From Dendrobates tinctorius (lineage: Eukaryota): a stretch of DNA of 64,000 nt. Every line of letters begins with the position of its first letter. Position 1 is the stretch's first letter. A model generated the notes under the pieces. The model saw only the letters and a list, made by a program, of their open reading frames with translations, made no database searches and was not told the origin of the DNA. Position numbers and translations under genes: made by a program. The stretch is from the NCBI RefSeq assembly GCF_039654945.1, contig NW_027361731.1:186001-250000 (forward strand). Direction: 5' to 3'. Shown here in pieces: positions 27,218-40,172 of the stretch.

Positions 27218-27616
27218 CCTCCATGGTTTTGGGGTATTATGAATATATTGCTTCCTCTTCACTGGGGTGGTGCCTGAGCAACCTTCCTGTTTCAGTCTAT
27301 GATGTGTAAGGTCGCATACCAGTGCAAATCCTGCCTGCTGCACTCTGAAGCAAAACTTGCCTGCTGCACTCTGACACAAGCTCTGTCTGTTGCATTCTGA
27401 TACAAGCTCTGCCTGCTGCTCCATCCAGTCTGTCCTTCAGGTCCAGCTGCTGCGTGACTGTTGGTCTGCCCTGGAGTGGCACCTGGCATTCATCGGGAGC
27501 CAAGTCTAATCTCGGCATCAGATGCTCTAGTGAATAGTCAGGTGATCGCTTAGTCATGTCCCTACAGGCTCTCCGCAGTTCGTGGCACATTGTTTCCACA
27601 AACCACAACAGTGACA
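27218..27616 (+). mobile_element. Gypsy LTR, remainder (TATA-like box, R, U5; ends ...gtgaca)
   Basis: Followed by PBS-position sequence gtttgctcaggcc and gag ATG at 27630. Its 3' ~90 bp recur at 28135-28228. Confidence 0.75.
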
Positions 27617-27629
27617 GTTTGCTCAGGCC

Positions 27630-28228
27630 ATGGATCCCGCTGGACCCCGGACCCTGCCCGTACGGACCATGTACCAGGAACTTTGCCGACAGAAGAATGC
27701 ACAGGAAGAGCTGTTCACACAGTTGCAGTCCTTAGCCACTACGTTGGAGGCCTTAAACCTACCTCCAGAATTCCACATCTCGTAACAGCCGTGTCTCCTC
27801 CAGAGACATCCCAGACAATTCGCTTAGTTCAAGATCTTGGCCTCTGACTCTCAACCCCACCACGTTTTGACGGCAATCCGAAGCTCTGCCGTGGGTTCAT
27901 CAACCAGGACCGGCTGCATTTTGAACTTCTTCTGCGCCACATCCTGCTGGATCGAGCAAAGGTGGCATTTTTAATGTCGCACCTTGGAGGTGAGGTTTTG
28001 GCATGGTTGAACCCATTGTGGAAGAGCGAGTATCCATTGATCTCCAATTTACCTGCATTCTCGGAACCTTATCACAAAGTGTTCGATCAACCCGGGTGAA
28101 CCACCTCTGCAGCTTCCGCTTCCTCTCCATCAGAGGCTCTAGTGAGAAGTCAGGTGCTCGCTTGGTCACGCCCCTCCAGGCTCTCTGTGGTCCATGGCAC
28201 AGTGGTTCCACAAACCACGACCGTGACA
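27630..28228 (+). mobile_element. Internally deleted Gypsy: gag fragment joined to the 3' end of an LTR
   Basis: MDPA start and PPRFDGNPKLCRGFINQ; LTR 3' end repeated at 28135-28228. Confidence 0.75.
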
Positions 28229-28639
28229 TCCGGCCATATCACAATCGTCTCATCACCATTTTGCCGCTAGACCACAACATGTTCCTCCACCCAAAACGGT
28301 TCAAATGACGTTGGTCATTCTAAGTCCTTTCCTATAGAAGTTACGAGCCACCTACGACCTGGTATAAGAAGACGCTGACAATTACCTACCCAGTTCTGTA
28401 AACTAAAAAGTCAAATGACCGTGTATGTAGAATGATGTGCTGACAAGTTAGAAAATCACTTGAAGAAAAATATTAAGAAGCATATGATAATGATGCTGTT
28501 GGCTTCCTAGATCCATGATATCTTATTGGATGACTCTTACCTCTCTCCCTTCTGTGCTGCTGGTTGTGCTCATATGGTCCCTACAAGACCAGGTCCAGTC
28601 TTTATAGCCAAACTTAACTTTTATGATCGGTAACATTAA

Positions 28640-28990
28640 GGCTGTGTGCACATGTAGTGTTTTTTTTTTAAGGGTTTTTGATGCGTTTTTCGGGGTCAAA
28701 CCGATCAAAAACGCTTAAAAGAAGCATCCCATTCATTTAAATGCATTTTTGCCTTTTTGTGCCAATGGATGCATTTTTTACCACTAAGGAAACGCTTAGC
28801 GGTAAAAAATGCTGCATGTTCATTAATTTCCTATTAGGTCCGCGTTTTTGGCTTTTTTCTATAGTCCAAAAGACGCGCGGAAAAAACGCATCAAAAACGC
28901 TCAAAATTCACGGCAAAAACGCGCGTTTTCTGGGAAGGAGAACCCGTTTCCTGAGCGTTTAAGGCTATGTGCCCACATAGCGTTTTTTAA
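28640..28990. mobile_element. Truncated Harbinger-type MITE fragment(s)
   Basis: TAA + ggctgtgtgcacatg start, aaaacgc/gcgtttt repeats, second start ggctatgtgcccac at ~28963; no closing TIR. Confidence 0.5.
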
Positions 28991-31900
28991 TGTTCAGTGA
29001 GGTCCAAGTGTGAATTTCTGTACAATAACAGAGTTTCCCTTTATCCTGACTTTTCAATTTAAAATTGACTAACTTCAAACAGGATCACAAGGAACTACAT
29101 TAAAACCATTACACCTGTGCCATGATATATCTCTTAAGCGGTGTGTGGCTGATGGCTGTAATATACACGCCTGCAGGAGATGTGTTGGAATGACTCGAGC
29201 CCTGATATCATGGATTGACTCCACGTCATAAATTCCATTATGTTTTCAATATTAAGGAATTCAGATTACTGCACAATCTCTCCTGAAATGGGGAGACTAA
29301 TACTTTCTCTACTCTTCTGGTCAAGACTCACAGTAGCTCCCATGGTCCACCGTAAAGTAATGCAAGTCCTGTTTAGTATTGGATCTTGCCCCTCATACAT
29401 ACATTGTTGTTGAGGATGTAACATGTCTTTTTTTGTGTCTATTTGTTTACTGTTTTTCATATTGTATGAGTTGTGCTGGAATTGGCCTGCCTCACTTATG
29501 TGAGCCTGTAACATATTGGTAGTCTTTGAAAAAAAAGAAAAAAAAAAAGTTGCCTTTGCCTCTTCCAAATGCCCGAGATCTTAATTTTAAGACACCACAT
29601 CTCTGCACTATTATAAAAAGTCCTCCTTGAATGTCTAATACTTTTTAAAGAAACTCATTTAATGGAAAATATTGCCCGAGCTCTAACTTTATTTGCTGTT
29701 CTGTGGTGTGACATGGCAAGAAGAATGGTCAGATAGCCGGGTCCCAAACAGGCAAACAGGAGAGCAGAGAAAATACAAAATCAGAAGATGCCAGAGTAGT
29801 CAGTAAGAGGGGGGGGTGGCTATGTAGCTGAAGAGAGAGGACGCATGTTGGGAGAGCTCCCAAGAATCCTGCTTTATCATGCACTCAGGACCTTAATACT
29901 GCGACATACCTGGCAGTACCCGGATCCCTGGATATCAAGACCCCCGTGGGAGGATGTGGAGCGGCTCTGGTGAGCTAATGGCCGGGACGGGGGGCAGGGC
30001 CTGCATGAGGCGGCGGCCATCTTAGACTCACACTCTGTCAGTGAGAGCTGCGGCGTCGGCCCCTACTGCTGCAGCGCTACCCGGGCAGTGAATATCCATA
30101 CTGAGGACTAGAGGGAACGCGCGGTGAGTGAAAGATTGGGCCCTGCATTCTCCCCCCCACTGATAAGCTCACTAAACTTGTTGGCACCATTACTGTGGGA
30201 GCCTCTGGACTCCCCCCACTGCTGCTGTCCCTGTGGGTGCTGCGGGCCACGCCTGGATGCAAGAAATCCTTTTGACTCGACATCAGACACCATCCTCACA
30301 ATTTCACGTGGCCCCTCGGTGTGGGAGCTATTCCTGCGCTATAATCTACTAATAGCCCTGCTGTGTTCACCATCTGAAGTGGGAAATCTCCGGAGCATAC
30401 ACCTTTAGTTATCTTGCTATGTCATATTGCCATTGACCATGAATCGTTCCAAGGGGTCAGGAGAAGCAGAAAAATTAAGAGTTTGCCAGACTTAATCCCT
30501 CTGAAAGTACACGATCCCTTAGAAACAATCCCTATCAAGCTCAGCGTAAAAACCGTCCATCTGGGGGAGGAGAGGAGCCTGAGCAGGAAGAACTGACCCT
30601 CAAACAGGCGTCCGAACAGTTGATGCAGGCCATCTCCTTAACTAAGACATCTCTGACTGAGAAAATAGAGGACGTATACACTGAGGTGGGACGACTTCGA
30701 CAAGATATGCAAACCATGAGGGGACGCATTACGGAAATGGAGACAAGAGTGTCCTAGGTAGAGGACACCATCACACCTATGGAGGCCAAGTTAACAAAAG
30801 TGGCAGGTTCTATGAACGCCTGGAGGCAGATAGCGGACGACCTGGAGAATAGAATGCGTCAGAGCACTATGCATGTCATTGGTCTGCCGGAATGCTCAGA
30901 AGGGCAACATCCTGAGCAATTCCTGGAGGGCTGGCTCAAGGCTTCTTTGGGGGATGAAATCTGTCCAGTGTTCGCTGTCGAAAGGCCTTATAGGGTTCCT
31001 ACAAAACCCCTTCCTCCGGGAGCCCCACCTAGACCTTTCCTGGCACGTCTCCTCAATTGTAAAGACAGACACTATTCTGCGTCTTGCACGGCAAAAAATT
31101 CCTATCAAGTTCAACAATGCTGTGATCTCGATTTTTTCCCGGATTTTTCCATGGAACTTCAGAAACAGAAGGCACAATTCCTCAAAATCAAGAAACTGCT
31201 CAGAGAGAGGAACGTTATATACTCAGTGGTCTATCCGGCCCGGCTCCGGGTTGTCCACGAGGGCTCCTCTGTGTTTTTTACGGATCCAGCGGAGGCGGCT
31301 GAGTGACTGCGGTCTCATACGGGATCCTCTGCAAAGGAATCCTAATGTACTTACTGCTAACCTAAATTATTTCATTAATGGTCTAATTGGGGCTCTTCCT
31401 GCAGGTACCCAGTTTACCAACAATACCGGACGCTGAGTTCAGTGATGGTATCCCCCTGCTTGCTTTTTGATAGGAGTGTGAGACTTTGCTCCAATAATGT
31501 TTGTTTCTTGTTTTTTCTTATTTTACAACGGTTTTGATTGTTATTTAGGTAGAAGTCGCAGCCAACAGCAATCTCAATCTCTGTGGTGCCTCTAAATTCT
31601 GCTTGGGTAATACTACATGCCATATTCAGTGGAGTAAAACATGGGGTCTGAGATGATATGTGTGACATGGAACGTGAGAGGTATAAAGGCCCCTCGGAAA
31701 AAGATCAAGGTTTTCTCGCAGATCAGACGACATCGCCCTCACATTGTGGCCTTGGTGGAGACGCACCTGACCAGAGAAAGCTCAGTTCGTGCAGAAGCCT
31801 TGGGTACAATGGTCCGTCCATACATTTCACACTAGTTATTCGAGAGGGGTTTCACTGCTGGTACATAGAGATATTAGATGGGAAGCCAGGGAGACCTGGA

Positions 31901-32714
31901 GGGATCCCGAGGGTCGCTTTGTTTTTTGTACATGTATTGATAATTACCAGGAAATGTGTAATCCTATGTGTTTATAGTCTCTCCCCCCCCCCCCCGGCCG
32001 ATACGTCCATTCTTCAAAAAGCAACGAGCTTTGCCCTAAATTATCCAGACGCGGATGTTATCTGTATGGGAGATTTCAATATGGTCATGAATACCTGCCT
32101 TGATAAATTGAGATTAGATGGAGGAACGTCTGGGGGAGTCTCTTTGCCGACTGTGACCCTGCTGTCACTATTTATGGAGGGTAGCGGGTGACTAGATTTA
32201 TGGAGGATGCGTCACCCTGAATCAAGGGAATATACCTGCCACTCATCCACTAAGCGCTCTCTATCGCGCATAGACTATATATTTGGATCCAGTGGTCTGG
32301 CGATGTGGGTGGACAATATAGAACATGGCAGTAGGGGGATTTCAGATCATAGTCTGGTCATTCTTAAACTTAAATATGGGCACTCAAATAACAGGATGTT
32401 CTGGAAGCTGAACCCTTTTTGGTTAAAGTTGATGGTGACTACAGATAGAACGATCGATTGCATTGTTTCATCTCGTCCCACCCAGAACCTCAAGTTATCA
32501 ACTTATTTTGGGATGCCCTTAAGGCATATCTGAGGGGTTGCTTATCCTCCAAGATTTCTTATATTAAGAGTGTAACCTCAAGGGAAGATGATGAGATGGA
32601 GCGACAATTGAAAGATTCAGAGGCTAGATATATATCTAACCAAACTAACGGCAATAGGATTGAGTGGTTGGCTGCTCAGAAGTTATATGCTCAGCATATA
32701 GACACTAAGTCTAA

Positions 32715-32957
32715 AGGTATTGTCACACTTAGCGATGCACCAGCGATCCCGACCAGCGATATGACGCGGTCAGGATCGCTGGTGCATCGCTAAGTGGTCG
32801 CTAGTAAGCTGCCACACAGGCAGATCTCACCAGCGACATAGCAGCGGTCGGGGGTCATTACTTACCTGTCAGACGAGGCGATCCTGACGTCCTCCCGCCT
32901 GCGTCCACGCGTCGCTCGTCGGCGCCACAGGAAGCCCAGCAGGAAGCGGACGACGAA
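32715..32957. mobile_element. Truncated copy of the MITE family at 40791-41187, inside L1 ORF2
   Basis: aggtattgtcacacttagcgat... colinear with 40791-41030; TAA upstream; right end missing. Confidence 0.85.
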
Positions 32958-33758
32958 TAGATACTCGGCTGTTTCTATGATTATTACAGGTCACTATATG
33001 AATTTAAAAGTGACTTTGACAATTTGGGGTGTTTAGACTATTTGTCAGATGTGACATTTCCTATATTAGATCCTGAACAGCGAGCCCTTATGGACGCTGA
33101 ATTCACTGCGGAGGAGATAGAAAATGCCATTATGGACATGGCCTCCGGGAAGGCCCCTGGAGCGGACGGATTCCCTATTGAATCGTACAGGAAATATAGG
33201 GATATATTAACGCCACTTCTTGTTAAAGTATTTAATGGAATTTGGGAAGGGAAATCTATGCCTGAATCCTTTTACAAAGCTAATATAGTGCTTAGGAAGG
33301 AGGGGAACGACCCTTTGGAATGTGGATCCAAACGCTCTATCTCGTTAGTAAATGTGGACTATAAAATTTTCACTAAGATTGTAGCTACCAGACTGAATTC
33401 GATTATATTGAACCTTATACATTCTGATCAAATGGGCTTTATGCCTGGTAAAAGCACTTCCATTAACATCAGACGGGTCCAATCAATAGTCCAATATAGC
33501 TCCCTAATGCCAAATAACAAGTGGGCACTGACATCTCTAGATGCTGCCAAGGCTTTTGACTCTCTTGAGTGGCCTTTCCTCTCCGCGTGCTTGCAAAGAT
33601 ATGGCTTTGGTCATAAATTTATAAAATGGGTCAAAATACTATATATGAAGCCCAAAGCCCGTATTATAGTGAATAACTCCGTGTCTGAGTCTTTTCCATT
33701 ACATAGGGGGACTCGTCAGGGGTGCCCCCTTTCCCCTGCCCTCTTTGCCCTTGCGATT

Positions 33759-35360
33759 CATAGAATCATAAATCGTAGCGTAGAGTTGGAAGAGACCTCC
33801 TGGGCCATCTGGTCCAACCCCCTGCTCAATGCAGGATTCACTAAATCATCCTAGATAGATGCCTGTCCAACCTCTGTTTGAAGACTTCTATTGAAGGAGA
33901 ACTCACCACCTCTCGTGGCAGTCTGTTCCACTCATTGATCACTTGAACTTTCAAAAAGTTTTTTCTAATATCTGTGTCTCCTCCCATTCAGTTTCATCCC
34001 ATTGCTTCTAGTCTTTCCTTGTGCAAATGAGTCTCCTCTCAGTCTTCTCTTTTGCAAGCTAAACATTCCCAAATCCTGCAACCTTTCCTCATAAGACAGG
34101 GTTTGCAGACCGGTCACCATTCTGGTCGCTCTTTTCTGAACTTGCTCCAGTTTGTTGATGTCTTTTTTAAAATGTGGCACCCAAAACTGGACACAGTATT
34201 CCAGATGAGGTCTGACCAAAGAGGAGTAGAGGGCAATAATGACTTCACATGATCTAGACTGTATGCTTCTGTTTATACATCCTAGAATTGCATTTGCCTT
34301 TTTTGCTGCTGCATCACACTGTTGACTCATTCAGACTGTGATTTATTAGTATACCCAAGTCTTTTTCACATGTGGTGTTGCTTAGCACTATTTCTCCCAT
34401 TCTGTATATGCTTTTTTCATTTTTAGTGCCCAGATGTAGTACTTTCCATTTTTCCCTGTTAAAACCATTCTGTTAGTTGCTGCCCACTGCTCCAGTTTAT
34501 ATCTTTTTGAATCCTCTCTCTCTCTTCTCTAGTATTAGCTATCCCTCCTAGCTTTGTGTTATCAGCAAATTTAATCAGTTTACCCTCAATTCCTTCATCT
34601 AAATCGTTGATAAAGATGTTGAACAATACAGGGCCCAGGACAGAGCCCTGTGGTACCCCACTTGAGACATTCTTCCAACTGGATGTGCAGCCATTTACGA
34701 CCACTCTTTGGGTCCGATCACGAAGCCAGTTATGAATCCACCTAACAGTTGCCTTGTCCATTCCATACTTAGTCATTTTTTTCAATAATGATTGTGTAAG
34801 ATACTTTGTCAAATGCTTTGCTGAAGTCAAGATATACTATATCTACAGCATTTCCTTGATCCACCCAATCAGTAATTCTGTCATAGAAGGAAATTAAGTT
34901 AGTCTGACATGTCTTATTAGTTACAAACCCATGCTGACTCTGTTTAATCACTTTTTTCTTATCCAGGTACTTACATACATGTTGTTTAATAATTTGTTCA
35001 AAGATCTTTCCTGGTATAGAAGTCAGACTCACCGGCCTATAGTTGCCTGGGTCCACCTTCTTCCCCTTTTTGAAGATAGGAACAACCTTTGCTCTTCTCA
35101 AGTCTTCTGGGACTTCTCCTGTTCTCCAAGAATTTTCAAAGATTATGGAGAGGGGTTCAAAAATTTCTTCTGCTATCTCCTTCAGCACTCTGGGGTGTAA
35201 TTCATCTGGACCTGGAGACTTGAATTCATTTAGGTTAGCTAAGTGTTTCCTCCCTATCTTTCGGTTTATAGATGTCCTGGATTCTTCTATTCCCTTAATA
35301 GGACAGTGAAAAACAGTTGTTACATTTCCTTTCTGAGAGAAAACAGATGCAAAATAGGAA
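33759..35360 (-). mobile_element. 5'-truncated CR1 LINE inserted antisense into the L1 RT
   Basis: [42 protein letters not shown] and [11 protein letters not shown] on the minus strand. ATTCTATG-type 3' tail at 33759-33773. Confidence 0.94.
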
Positions 35361-38300
35361 CTGACAATACGTATTAGGTCTTCCCCTGGCATTAGAGGTA
35401 TAGATATAGCGGGTCGGGTAGATACCATGGGTCTATATGCTGACAATATGGTGATATTTATGGATGAAGCGGAGGAAACTCTGCCGCAAGCAATTGCCAC
35501 TATAGACAGATTCAGTAAATATTCAGGTCTATATATAAATTGGGAGAAGTTCGCTCTGTTACCCCTTTCCCATGCCCCAATGCCCCAGCTAGAGGCTCTC
35601 TCCTCACTGTCTATTGTATCTAGCTTTAAATATTTGGGTATATACATATCTCATAATAGCGCTCTTGATTCACAACTTAATATTCACCCACTGCTGGAAC
35701 TAGTTAAAGTGAAATTTGCAACTTGGAGCAAACTCCCGCTGTCACCAGCCGGACGCATTAACCTGATTAAAATGATATTACTTTCCAAGCTTAGCTACTC
35801 CCTTCAGCACAATGCTGTAATGGTACCCAAATTCTTTTTTGTGAATCTCAATTTCCAGATCACATATTTCATATGGGGGAAAACTAAGCCCAAACTTAAA
35901 TTGTCCACCCTGCAGAGACATAAAAAGAGAGGTGGGGTGGCGTTACCAGATTTTTTCCTATACTATTTGACTGGGCAGGCTAAAGTTTTAAGTAAATGGA
36001 TGCCGGGTAATTGCCTCCCCATTTCTGAAGGCCACCTGCTTCATGCTGCGCAAACGGATTGCCCACTGGGTTTCCTTGAGTTGGAGAGGTCTAATGTCCC
36101 TCGTCTACTACCCTTGCTCCGACTGGCGTGATTAGCATGGAGGCAAAGCGATGGGGTTTAAAGATTTTATAGCTGAAATGCCCCTGTGGAATAATGATTA
36201 TTTCCCGGAATTACTGAACCACCCATCCACTGATTTTTGGATTCAACGTAATGTCTCTTTGATGGAAGACTTGTATGACCAAGGGATCTTGATATCTTTT
36301 GAGCAAATACAGGTTACACATGATATCCCGAGATTCCAATTTTTCCGCTATTTACAGCTGAGATTAGCTCTTCAATCATTCATTAGAGGTAGGGGTACAG
36401 ACCGTACTATTTCATCTCTACCTCTGATAGGAATCCTTAATTCTCAAGGTCCCCAAGGTCTTATCTTCTCTTTTATATACGTACATGCTGTCGGTGGGAA
36501 CGGAATCTGCTATAAGCTCTATTAAAGGGAAGTGGGGAAGACTCATCCCTAATACGCAGGGAGAGGAGTAGGAAGAGATCCTGGAGTCTCCGGTCGGAGT
36601 GTCACCATCTATTAATAATAGAATGATACAGTTGTATATAATAAATCAATCATACATGACTCCGACACGACTTTTTAGAATGGGTCGATTTCAATCATCA
36701 GAATATCTGTGATGTCATTCCCCAGATGCGGATTTTGTTCACATGATATCGCAGTGTCCCACTATTCTACATTACTGGAAGGAGGTGACGTTCCTCTTGT
36801 CATCCCTGGTGCAGGTGCCTGTTCCTCTTGAGCCACTGGTCTGCTTGTTTGGGGTATGGGATGAGGAGATTTGGTGTCACTATGACGGGATCTTTCTGCG
36901 TGAGACACTGTTTATGGCACGGAAGGTATTGGCATTACGGTGGATGGGGGGGGGGTTCATGTCCCTCACTTAGAATGTGAATTGACCTGGGTCGGGGTCA
37001 CAACAGTAAACAAATACACAAGGCGGGAGCTGAGCACATGACTGAGATGACTGAACCAGAGGAGAGCAAGGCTGTATCTGGCAGCTTCCGGCAATATGCT
37101 TCAAGTTTTAGTAGGGCGTGGTGCTTTCCGATTGGCTGAAGCAGGAAGCCGATTACTTCAGTTGGACACCACACAATCCCATACTGCTAGACTGGATGGT
37201 ACTACAGGTCCCAGGCAACCTAATATTTTTGGAAGGACAGAACCCGTGCCATCCAGAGTTTCTTGTTGCTATGTCTCCTGCATCACCAGCGCCACCTGCA
37301 GAATGAATAAGGTGGCGTCTGATGGCAGAAACAGACGTTGCAGGAGCAGATCCCAGAAAAAATGTGACACTCCATTTTCAGAAGTCTTAATATGGCAAAA
37401 TAGAAAACCAGAGCAGTAGAAACCTGTCACGTCGCCGTCAGACACAGGGACTGCTGTTCCTGCTTCGGCCACTGGGAGGCACCGGACTGTCACGTCGCCG
37501 TGAGATACAGGGTCTACTGTTCCTGCCTCGGCCACTGGGAGGCGCCGGACTGTCACGTCGCCGTCAGATACAGAGACTGCTGTTCCGGTCTCAACCACTG
37601 GGAGGCGCCGTGCGGTCACGTCACCGTCAGACTCGGGGACGGCTGTTCCTGCCTCGGCCACTAGGAGGCGCCGTGGTTTCCCCGTGGGTGGTGGTGACAG
37701 AGAAGGAGGGGCTCCTGAGCAGGCATCTGGTGGGTGCAGGCTCCGCTCCTCTGTCAGTCATGAAAGGGTTGAGGCATCACCATCTGGCCTGGTCCTGGGG
37801 GTGGTCCAAATCACATCATCAGACTGAACCTGTGAGGGATAGCCTGATCCTTCAAATACCTTGGGGCCTGTCTTGCAGGCCGCCAGATATAGTCTTGGTT
37901 TCCCCAGTGTGCTAGTTATTTGCTATCTTTGATTCTGACCTTTGCCTGGATTTCTGACTCTGCAACTGCCTAATGATTCTGTACCTCTGCCGTCCTCCTG
38001 GTTTATGACTCTGACCTTGGCCTGAATTTGACTCTGCTATTGTCTGCCGTTTTTGTACCAGGCTGCCCGCCTGGTTAAGACTCGGATTCCTGACTACGCT
38101 TTTGGTCCCGTTTTTTAACCCCTCTCTGGCGACCGTCCTGCTCTGGCCCACTGCTCATATTCAGACAGTGCCTCCTGGGCTCTGCTGTAAGTCCAGATCC
38201 CTGTATAGGGGTAAAGGGTATCGGGGTTGCTCGGGGTGCTGTCTTACTGCAGCCCAGACTTGCAGGCGGACGTCACATTATATCTGGGCCCCCCCCCAAA

Positions 38301-39356
38301 AAAAAAATCGTTTTTATATATATCGCATATATAAAAGCATTATTCCTGAACTTTTTTTTTCTCCCCTCTCCTGCCTGAGCTGATTAATTGGCTAAAGCAC
38401 CTGTTACCTGCTTCAGTGCAGCGCCTGGAGGAGCACTCTCACCCTCCTACACAAGCATGCTGCAGTCTGGAGACTTCAGGGAAAATGTTGGACGTCAGAG
38501 ATCCACAGTCCTGGCACATCGGCCCCTGGGCAGCTCTGGTCAAACCAGGTATTGCCCGCAAATGCGGCTAAAGTTTTGTTACCTGTCTCTCTCTATTTTT
38601 GTAAGAAATCTCTGTGCTTGAAGGCTTATGTGGATAGTGGCTCTGAGGGAAATTTCATGGATTCTTTGGTTGCCAGGAATCTGGGTGTACCGCTACTGAG
38701 GCTGAATGCCCCTATTAAAACCACTGCTATCAATGGCACATCTATTATTCAGGCTGGAGTAGAATTCATTACTCCAGGAATTGCTATGTCAGTGGGGTCA
38801 TTACATACTGAACATATCTCATTTTTTGTGGTTGATGATTTATCAGTCGCAGTTGTTTTAGGTATGCCGTCCTTACACAAGCACAATCCTGTCATTGTCT
38901 GGCACCTTGCTGATATTGTGTGCTGGAGTCCACACTGTCAGGATAACTGCATATCGCTAGCAGTGAACCAGGTTAATGTTACAACCCCCGTCATCCCTTA
39001 TGCTTTCAGGGACTATGAGAATGTCTTTTCTAAAGTGGAATCTGAGAAATTACCCCCTCATAGAGAATATGATTGCCCTATAGACTTGATTCCGGATGCC
39101 CGTCTCCCAAAGGGGAGAATTTTTAATCTCTCCGGTCCAGAGCGTCAGGCCATGAATGACTACATAGCAGAAAGTTTACAAAAAAGTATTATTAGACCGT
39201 CCACTTCACCAGTTGGAGCCGGGTTCTTTTTTGTGGAAAAGAAAGATGGGGGTCTCAGACCTTGCATTGATTACCGGGAATTAAACGCAATCACTATAAA
39301 GAACCAGTATCTGCTTCCACTCATCCCTGATCTTTTTAATCAGCTTATGTGAGCCC

Positions 39357-40172
39357 TGTTGTGAGCTCATCTGTTCATCTGTTCATTCACCTTTTGTGTC
39401 CGAGGATCTCCCTCTTCTGGTGAAGGAAGGTAGTGAGGCTGATTTGGATGAAAGAAATCAAACACCTGATCAGGTGGATTGTGACTGGGTAACAGGAACT
39501 GCAGACTGGATATAAGGCAGCCGACGCCCTTCTGAGTGGCTGGTGATTTCTCTGCTGGATTCTTGGAGACCAGCCTGATTCCTGCTTCCCAAAGATAAGT
39601 TTTTGCTCTGCTATTGAACTTATTAGTTTTTGTTTTCTTTACCTTGTTTTTTGAGTTCAGCCATCCCCGGCCGGGGGTGTGCTGGATTCTTATTCCTTGT
39701 TCAGTGTTCTCTTTTGCTCTGCTTTCAGAATATTCTGAGTGCTGATATAGGGTTTGAAGTCTAGTGACTTCAGGGTCCTTTTTGCTTATCAGTTGTGTTG
39801 GTAATATTTTCAGCAGGGTTTTCTCGGATTGCAGACAGCAGCTTTTCTGTCCTGTCCTTTTTAGTTAGCTTGGGCCCCATCGTTTGCTCAACCTATCTTT
39901 CTATCTGTGTTAGTGTTTCATCTTGTTTCACTGTCATTATATGTTGGGGGCTGCCTATTGCTTTGGGGTCTGCTCTGGGGCAGTCAGTTTTTCCCTTTTC
40001 TTTCTTTAGGCTTATTTAGATCTCTGGCTGTGACGAGGTGTCTAGGATCACCGTAGGAACACTCCACGGCTACTGCTAGTTGTGTGATAGGATTAGGGTT
40101 CTGCAATCCGCTCTGATTTTCTGGGCTGAGCTTGTGTTTTGTTTTTTCCTCCTCGGTGACTCAATCATAACA
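39357..40172 (+). mobile_element. Solo LTR inserted in the Gypsy RT
   Basis: Termini tgttgtga...tcataaca; duplication gagccc at 39351-39356 and 40173-40178; TATA-like tataagg at ~39511. Confidence 0.88.

Larger units (their letters stand above)
29809..36973 (+). mobile_element. Near full-length degenerate L1/Tx1 LINE (5'UTR, ORF1 ~30439-31306, ORF2 ~31641-36973); no poly-A tail seen
   Basis: ORF1: DLENRMR..VIGLPE, PRPFLAR, FFPDFS, YPARLRV. ORF2 APE: TWNVRG, LVETH, MGDFN, SRIDY, SDH. RT: KAPGADGF, LDAAKAFD, RGTRQGCPLSP, LYADN. Confidence 0.92.

Noticed and set aside
28330-29370. Short minus-strand AG..GT-bounded segments (e.g. 29332-29368, ~28541-28580) as possible micro-exons
   Set aside because: Weak polypyrimidine tracts and no recognisable protein; could arise by chance.
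34769-35647. 292-aa minus-strand ORF as a novel gene
   Set aside because: Chimera of antisense L1 sequence and CR1 ORF2 across the insertion junction at 35360.
38479-38485. GGGAAAA as a -1 slippery site
   Set aside because: Its zero frame is already the protease frame and there is no upstream gag, so the phase does not fit.
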